This document shows, piece after piece, positions 57,989 to 64,000 of a stretch of DNA of 64,000 nt. Position 1 is the stretch's first letter. The number at the start of each line of letters is the position of its first letter. Under the pieces are notes generated by a model. That model saw only the letters and a program-made list of their open reading frames with translations. It was not told the DNA's origin and ran no database searches. Where the stretch lies: contig OZ076409.1 in NCBI GenBank assembly GCA_964187785.1, forward strand, positions 93,498,001 through 93,562,000, in the 5' to 3' direction. A program made the translations under genes and the position numbers. The DNA comes from Amphiscolops sp. MND2022. Taxonomy: Eukaryota.

Positions 57989-60934
57989 TTATTCCAGCAG
58001 TTGGTCCTGTGGGGCTTCTTGGACTGAGGTGTTGCCCATGGCATCCACCGTATTCTGATACTCTTCGTCTATGGTCAGCAGATTATTGAGCTCTGACTCT
58101 ATGTCCGCTGCCTCCAAGTTCGAGATATTGGTTTCCACTTCGTCTCTTACAGGAGTAGTGGCGTCAGAGAACGTAAAGTTATTATCAGTCATAGGTTCCT
58201 CTGATGGTGGCATGACGCCTGGCACATCATCTTGTGCCCCTTCCACCACTATTTCATTGGAGTCTTGACTCATGTGGGGTGTGGGAAAGACGGTGCGAGA
58301 GCTGCCAGAGGCAGCTTCGCTCGAATCGCTAATTCCTGGGATAGCTTCGACTGATTCCAAGTTCGGCAGACCGTCCGCTAATTCTTGATGGCCATATTGG
58401 ATAAACAGCTGCCTGAACGTTCGTATTCCCCTAGCGTATTCTTCGCCCACGGCTCGAGTACGTTCTCGCTGGAGACCATGCAGACGCACGAATATCTCTA
58501 GTGCCATACGCGGGTTGCTGGGAACGTCAGTGTTCACGGGCAAATCTTTCTTGCTTGGTTCTTTTGCTACTGTCGGAATAGTTGTTGGCAGCTGTTGGAA
58601 GGTCTGGTGTATAGCGAGGTCCACGAGCTCTGGCTGGGCCCAACATGTAATGGTATTCAAGATTCTGGCGGTATGCTCACGGGGTTCTGTTCTTGTACAA
58701 TATATTCTGGAAGTGTCACACGCATAGGGATACAATAACCTAGTAGGTTCTTCTCCTTTTCGACGACCACCCAATCTTTGGATAATTGTTCTCAAGATAC
58801 GCAGGACAACTGGCACGTCCCACCCTTCAAATGTCGCCACTGCTCCATTATTTGGATCAATGGGGGTGTGCAGCCAAACTACCGGATGGATTTCCATTGG
58901 CAAAGGGAGCGAGCTACGTGCTCTCGCCTTGATCAAGGTGAGATAGTTGTGTTCCACTTGTTGGCGGTCTTTGATTACGGTGTACGCCATGGGAGGTCGC
59001 AAGTTGGCAAAGCTGTGTATCACTGATTGATAGGTGGGACCCTGAAGGGGCCCATCAGAGGTCACGAAGTGTAGAATCGAGAGGGATGGGCTTACCGCCG
59101 CCACTCGCAGGACCTGCGTTGGATAGCGCAGGGCCATAACTGCGCCGAAGATAGGCCAGACTACCGGAGCAATGAGGGGTATTAGGTCCTCTGTTTCCAC
59201 GAGCATCAACGTTGCAACTTGTGTAGGGAATAGGAACCCAGGAAGTTGATTGGGGTCTCGGTTAATAGCTGGGCACTCATCCAGAGGATGCATAACGCCC
59301 GAGACATTGACCCAGGTGGAATAAATCCACACTAGAAGTGCTTGAATGTTTAAATCCAGCTGCGCCTTTAATTTCAAGGAACCCGCTGGGTCCAGAGTTT
59401 CAATGAGTGCAGATATCCAACCTCTCTGATTCTGCGAGAAGACTAGGAAGCTGAACAGGGCTGAGCCTCCCTTGTTGAGCACGAACTTTTGTATGAGGGC
59501 CGACGGTCCTCTGTACATCATGGTCAACCCCACGGCCATCAGGTACGCTAGTAGTTCACTAACGGTCGCTCTTTCCATGGCCTCCATGTAAAGTCGCATT
59601 CGCTGCTCATCCAGGCCGTACTCGGCTTGTACTAAGGAAGGAAGCCAGAAGGGAGAGATGTTGTGGAGAAATACGGGAAATGTTATGCCCAGTCGGTCCG
59701 CGACTTGGCCCAGAGGTTCTCGTAGTTGATCGTGCCATGTTTGGTACGTGTGTGTCGGCTCTTGAATATTCCTTTGTACAATGTCTTGAGCCAGTATCAA
59801 CAGCATGGCCAACGTGGGTGATCTTTGCCCAGGTTCAGCATCCAATGATATTTGTGCTATTGGGAAGATGGAGGAATTCTTTCTATCACCCTGCATCGTT
59901 TCGGTTTCTTTCATTAGATTCGTGAGTTCCTTGTGAAACTTGGGTTCATGTGTTTTCTCGTCTATTGTTGATTCGTCCCGGCGTTCAAACCAGAGGTTAT
60001 CCACCAGGTTGTTGCGCTCACTTTCATTTGGGTCGTTTACGATTCGGTCTCCACGCTCATTCAATGATCGGCGAGCCATTTCCATCCCGTAGTCGAATGC
60101 TGTTGCTTCATCCACTACCATTTGGGAGTTTCCGCGGTAACCGACGTATGATTGAAGGGCCTTTGAGACTTCAGCAATGAAGGCTGGGTATGAGGCTTCA
60201 CAAGGGCGCCAGCTATTATTGCTGATACGTAAATTGGGGGCCACAATGTAAAAAGCCAGATCTCTTGCGTACGCTGCCTCCATTACTAGGTATAAGAATT
60301 GCTGAAGGGTCCGAGGAAGGTGCACGTAGCCTGGAGGTGACATAAATACCGTTCCAGTGACAGCTTTCCTTCTGCGCATAGTTTGGGCATTATTCGCCAT
60401 TGTCTCCACGTAGTTGGTCACTTCGTCGGTGACGAACCCCTCAGTAAATCTTTCGTGGTCTGGTCGGAAAAATTCCAAGGTCCCTCGCAGAGCGAGGTGA
60501 TCTATCACATTTGAATATACCAGCAACGGAGGTAATGGGATGGTCTCTGTTCCCGCTTGGGTGAATACTTTGTCGGTCACCTCTGCCATTTCGTTCAGTG
60601 TTGTACAGGGCATGTTCATTATTCTGACATCCATGAGGGTATTGTGGGAGTTGAATGAAGACTTCATCGTCGAGTCGACGAAGAAGGCTATTCTGGTTTT
60701 CTGCAAAAGGTCCTTTCCCATGGGTAGGATTGTAATGGGGTCCCTCGCATAGTTTTTTGTTCGCAAGCGATCTTCGTCGAAGCGTCCAGGGCGCTGTCGG
60801 AGGAAGTTGTCAGGAACACGCAAGTATGTTGAGTTTACTCTCTCCAATTCTGCTCGCATGCGATTGAACCATGGGGGGCATCCGTCTCGAGTGAACACTG
60901 GTTTCTTGACGGGACGATTGTAGAGTACTCCCAC
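57989..60934 (-). CDS. Large extra ORF of element D (>=981 aa); SGNH/GDSL-like N-terminal region, hydrophobic helical middle, acidic tail
   Basis: Intact 2.9-kb ORF, frame open to ~61097. RIAFFVDSTM / MNMPCTTL / LLVYSNVIDH / VFMSPPG / SWRPCEASY spacing recalls SGNH blocks I-V. Confidence 0.8.
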   Translation of the reverse strand: MGVLYNRPVKKPVFTRDGCPPWFNRMRAELERVNSTYLRVPDNFLRQRPGRFDEDRLRTKNYARDPITILPMGKDLLQKTRIAFFVDSTMKSSFNSHNTLMDVRIMNMPCTTLNEMAEVTDKVFTQAGTETIPLPPLLVYSNVIDHLALRGTLEFFRPDHERFTEGFVTDEVTNYVETMANNAQTMRRRKAVTGTVFMSPPGYVHLPRTLQQFLYLVMEAAYARDLAFYIVAPNLRISNNSWRPCEASYPAFIAEVSKALQSYVGYRGNSQMVVDEATAFDYGMEMARRSLNERGDRIVNDPNESERNNLVDNLWFERRDESTIDEKTHEPKFHKELTNLMKETETMQGDRKNSSIFPIAQISLDAEPGQRSPTLAMLLILAQDIVQRNIQEPTHTYQTWHDQLREPLGQVADRLGITFPVFLHNISPFWLPSLVQAEYGLDEQRMRLYMEAMERATVSELLAYLMAVGLTMMYRGPSALIQKFVLNKGGSALFSFLVFSQNQRGWISALIETLDPAGSLKLKAQLDLNIQALLVWIYSTWVNVSGVMHPLDECPAINRDPNQLPGFLFPTQVATLMLVETEDLIPLIAPVVWPIFGAVMALRYPTQVLRVAAVSPSLSILHFVTSDGPLQGPTYQSVIHSFANLRPPMAYTVIKDRQQVEHNYLTLIKARARSSLPLPMEIHPVVWLHTPIDPNNGAVATFEGWDVPVVLRILRTIIQRLGGRRKGEEPTRLLYPYACDTSRIYCTRTEPREHTARILNTITCWAQPELVDLAIHQTFQQLPTTIPTVAKEPSKKDLPVNTDVPSNPRMALEIFVRLHGLQRERTRAVGEEYARGIRTFRQLFIQYGHQELADGLPNLESVEAIPGISDSSEAASGSSRTVFPTPHMSQDSNEIVVEGAQDDVPGVMPPSEEPMTDNNFTFSDATTPVRDEVETNISNLEAADIESELNNLLTIDEEYQNTVDAMGNTSVQEAPQDQLLE

Positions 60935-62129
60935 TGTGGCTTTTTCTATTTTCTGCCTTGTGGCGAGGTCCCCAACCCGTTGCGGTCTCGAATTTCTGTC
61001 GTAGAGGGTCTTCTGGTGACGTTGTAGTTGGTATTTCCCGCTGCAGACGCAGTGCGTCGCGTGCAGTGATATCCAGCTGCCGTTTTTCCGAATGTGTTAG
61101 GAGTTCGTGTGTTATTCTCGGTCTCCTTGTTTCTGGTTGCGTGGGTGAGGCAGACAAGGGTTGCGGGACACTGGTCGAGCTCGATTGTTTACTTTGCATG
61201 GTCGCCTCTCTGGCTCGCTTTCCAGCTTTTATTTTCTCCCGGAGTTCTACCACAGTGTTGGCTGCCTTACTTTCGGCTTTTTGTTGTTCTCGCTGACGTT
61301 CTCGGAATTGTGGGTCCATTTGGAAGCCTACTAGGCTAGCTGGTTCTGAGGCTTGTGGAGGTTCCGAGACTTGTGATTCGGTTCTGGAAGACGTCTGAGT
61401 TAATTCTTCATATGAATCTTTGAACGTCACCGTTCTCCTGGGCTGTTCTTCGCTCAGGGTAGCACTTGCTGTATTGTCTACTTGCACCCCTCCCCCCTGA
61501 AAGGTAGATGGAGGCATGAAGGTAGAGGATGGGGTGGTCAGTAGGCGAATGCCTTCCGATGCCAGGGGCATGGGCGGTGTTAGTACTGGGGGTGGCATGA
61601 TAGGCAGCGTGCAGCTGAACTGCACCGGGTGCGGTGAGGGCAGCGGGGTCGTAGTTTGCGTCTGTAACGTCTGTAGTGCTGACTGTGAAATACGGAGTGA
61701 TCGTTCTTGGTCCATGGGGGGCCTGGTAGGTTCTCCATAGACTACGTGAGAGCGAGGGTCTATGAGGCTGTGGGTCAAGTCATACCCTTGCCAGGTACCG
61801 TCGCGAAAAGTGGCGGAGCGTTCTATCGGGCCGACTCGGCTGGTGATAGTGAAGCTAACATCAGGGTACTCTGCTTGAGCTTGGGTTTGGGCGATGATCA
61901 TGGCGAAGCCAGTGATCATTGTGGGTGTCGCTCCGTTTAGTAGGGTGTCTTGGACAAGAGCTAGCTGGTCGACTCGACCATCTATTTCGCTCATCATTGG
62001 AGGTGGGTCGTTCCTTGTGGATGGTTGGGCACGCGCAGCGTTCTGGGGTGCAGGCAGGCGGTGTCGCGCAGATGGGTCCATTGGAAATGATGATAAAGGA
62101 ATGTTTAGCACCGAAGATTGTGATGGCAA
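60810..62129 (-). CDS. Extra ORF of element D, 439 aa, Pro/Ser/Thr-rich with a short coiled coil
   Basis: Intact ORF in element sense, overlapping the next ORF in the +1 frame. Confidence 0.7.
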   Translation of the reverse strand: MPSQSSVLNIPLSSFPMDPSARHRLPAPQNAARAQPSTRNDPPPMMSEIDGRVDQLALVQDTLLNGATPTMITGFAMIIAQTQAQAEYPDVSFTITSRVGPIERSATFRDGTWQGYDLTHSLIDPRSHVVYGEPTRPPMDQERSLRISQSALQTLQTQTTTPLPSPHPVQFSCTLPIMPPPVLTPPMPLASEGIRLLTTPSSTFMPPSTFQGGGVQVDNTASATLSEEQPRRTVTFKDSYEELTQTSSRTESQVSEPPQASEPASLVGFQMDPQFRERQREQQKAESKAANTVVELREKIKAGKRAREATMQSKQSSSTSVPQPLSASPTQPETRRPRITHELLTHSEKRQLDITARDALRLQREIPTTTSPEDPLRQKFETATGWGPRHKAENRKSHSGSTLQSSRQETSVHSRRMPPMVQSHASRIGESKLNILACS

Positions 62130-62411
62130 GACTGATTTGGCGTGATAAGTATGGTGGCCGCGCAGAGGCGAGGCAACAGGACAAAACTGAAAAACAGGTC
62201 ACAGTTGGAGATAAGACATCACATAGACGGGTGGGCAGTTAAGCTTTTTAGGACGAACACACAAACATAAGGTTAAAAAGTTTCAGTGGTTAGTACTAAA
62301 ATTTGCGTTCGTCGGGGCGGCTTTGTTAAAATTTTAAGGTGCTTCGAATTAATTAAAGGCAGTGCAAAAGGCCAGTGGCCTGATATGCCAAGTAGAGGGC
62401 GAGACGTGCTC

Positions 62412-64000
62412 TTAACTACCGCCAAAATTGGCAGAGGTAATCGACGCTATCGTGACATAGACGCGATCGTGCAAAATAATTGTAATGTTGTGGTCTGCAA
62501 AGTGGTCGCGTAGTGTGGCGTACCAGGCTGGAAGGAGGTTCATCGATCGCTCAGGATCATAGATGGGCAAGTGGATTCTGGTAATGTGGTTTCGATGGAG
62601 TTGGGTTATCAAATTCGTCAAACACGCATGGAGTACTTCATGTAAGAGCGGATGCTTGTTCGATGCTCTGGTACATAGAAGGAAGATTTCGTTATTCCAG
62701 GGTGCAGTTGGCGAGCGGGTTAAGCGAATTGCGGTGCCAACTGATGTTCTTAGACGAAATATGTTTTCTTGACCGTATTCGCGAATGACGTAACGGATTG
62801 TGGCAGAGTAAGAGAGCAAATCCGCAGGGCAGCATAGTATCACGGTGCCAGGTGCCTGCAGGATATCTGTGTTGTCATAACTTATCCAAGGTAAGTAATT
62901 CGGTCTGGTTTTAGGCTGGGTTATGAGCCATTTGCCGGTGGTTTTGCTCTGATCATCGGTGGGTCGGGGTGTCAAATGCTGCAAGATTGCTTTTCGGTCT
63001 TCCCAGACGGTTCGGCGTAGAGGTCTATCTCCCAAGTTTGTAGATGACCAATTGTGTACTATCGAGAGTGCTTCGCTAACTGTGACGGGTTTCTCTGGTG
63101 TATAAAATTGTCGATCCAGGAAGTGTATCTTCGCCTGCCGGCAGAAGACGACCGCTATTAATTGTAGCCAATGTTGGCTTAGGAACTTGCCACGATAAAT
63201 ATCGGCCATGTGGAAACAAAGCGTGTTCTCAGGTTCGGTTACCGTACGTAAGCTTTCTAAGCACATCAGTAAAGTTGTGGGAGATACCAATGTCGTTGCG
63301 TCTAGAGAGGTGACAAGTAGCCACCATCCATTGGTGGGCTGATATATGTCTCCCGGCGGGGAGGCAATGTGATATTTCTCCCACAGTTGGTGTGCAGTGG
63401 TACAGCGAATCATCTCCGGGCTATTATCCTCTTTTGCTAGCTCGCCGAACGTCATCGAGGGTGGCAAAGGCGGTATGATGGCATGTAGGGTGAATTCTAG
63501 ACCGCCTCGATGGGGTGGTGTCCATTCTTTGAATCGGTAAGTCGGGCAGTCGGAGGGAGATGTCGCGTGCATTGCTTTGAGTGTTTCTTCCAGCGGTGGT
63601 ATCACTTCTCGTTCCACACTAGTGAAAGTTTTTTCCACCGTGATGATCAAATGGTGTACTAGCGGGGGTGTCTCCACTTTTTCTCGCTGGGCTTGCACGG
63701 TTAAGATCTCATGTTGTGGGTGACAATGTGTCCTGGCCATAAAGAGATCCCTGGCAGGGACTACCGCTCCCCGGGCCAATCGGTTGTCCGGTGAATGGTG
63801 AGTCAGATGCTTGACGCAACTACAGTTGCGGGAACCACAGGTTCCACACTTGTAACGTGGTGCTCTGTTAGCTCGCAGTTGATATCGTGATGTTCGCGAT
63901 GGTGGTCTTGGTTCTGAGTCCTGGACATCTGGTGGTTGTTGGCTTTCGGGTATTTCTGGTAGAGTCATCGCTCGGTCTAGTTTTCGAGGGGGTGCACGAG
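62412..64000 (-). CDS. C-terminal part of a polyprotein (probably Pol tail) with Cys motif and two degenerate TARG1/OARD1-like macrodomains
   Basis: The frame is open to the window edge. RYQLR then CGTCGSRNCSC. ISYDNTDILQAP..VILCCPAD..REYG..VGTAIRL..IFLLCTR..EVLHACLTNL..HITRIHLP..LRDHFADHNITIILH parallels the TARG1 fold pattern. Confidence 0.75.
   Translation of the reverse strand, partial: RAPPRKLDRAMTLPEIPESQQPPDVQDSEPRPPSRTSRYQLRANRAPRYKCGTCGSRNCSCVKHLTHHSPDNRLARGAVVPARDLFMARTHCHPQHEILTVQAQREKVETPPLVHHLIITVEKTFTSVEREVIPPLEETLKAMHATSPSDCPTYRFKEWTPPHRGGLEFTLHAIIPPLPPSMTFGELAKEDNSPEMIRCTTAHQLWEKYHIASPPGDIYQPTNGWWLLVTSLDATTLVSPTTLLMCLESLRTVTEPENTLCFHMADIYRGKFLSQHWLQLIAVVFCRQAKIHFLDRQFYTPEKPVTVSEALSIVHNWSSTNLGDRPLRRTVWEDRKAILQHLTPRPTDDQSKTTGKWLITQPKTRPNYLPWISYDNTDILQAPGTVILCCPADLLSYSATIRYVIREYGQENIFRLRTSVGTAIRLTRSPTAPWNNEIFLLCTRASNKHPLLHEVLHACLTNLITQLHRNHITRIHLPIYDPERSMNLLPAWYATLRDHFADHNITIILHDRVYVTIASITSANFGGS

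Larger units (their letters stand above)
56695..64000 (-). mobile_element. 3' part of an LTR retrotransposon, probably Ty3/Gypsy (element D), truncated by the window end
   Basis: LTR 56695-57403 with 10-bp terminal inverted repeat TGTAACGTCC/GGACGTTACA; PPT adjacent; three long minus-strand ORFs; the related solo LTR has a 4-bp TSD. RT and integrase are not in the window. Confidence 0.8.

Noticed and set aside
57989..60934. Calling the 981-aa ORF an env gene
   Set aside because: No signal peptide, no Cys-rich ectodomain and no single C-terminal TM anchor.
58071..63313. Plus-strand ORFs opposite element D genes
   Set aside because: Antisense shadows of long ~50% GC ORFs, without motifs.

Overview
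AT-rich intron-containing animal (probably invertebrate) genomic DNA, about 85% LTR-retroelement derived. Left to right: (1) a complete but non-autonomous BEL/Pao element (500-7129, minus strand, 5-bp TSD ACAAA) with gag and protease but no recognisable RT/RNase H/integrase core; (2) a second, decayed BEL/Pao relative (from 7575) whose 5' part plus ~660 bp of host flank has been amplified into a five-unit, ~3.4-3.6 kb tandem array (11678-29336); (3) one coding exon of a host class A, neuropeptide-type GPCR (31743-31979, +), whose next exon was not found in the window; (4) a perfect 145-bp palindrome, a minisatellite and a solo LTR; (5) an 18.3-kb Ty3/Gypsy element with identical 237-bp LTRs and a 4-bp TSD (35683-53998, minus). 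It carries gag-pol, a Met-less Pro/Ser/Thr-rich ORF with late-domain-like motifs, an 856-aa chuvirus-G/gB-like envelope glycoprotein and two more accessory ORFs, so it looks like a young, complex endogenous-retrovirus-like element; (6) two small non-autonomous DNA-transposon-like repeats; (7) the 3' part of another LTR element (56695 to the window end, minus) encoding tandem degenerate TARG1-like macrodomains and two extra ORFs, one with an SGNH-hydrolase-like N-terminal region. All family and fold assignments come from motif recognition by eye; no database searches were run.
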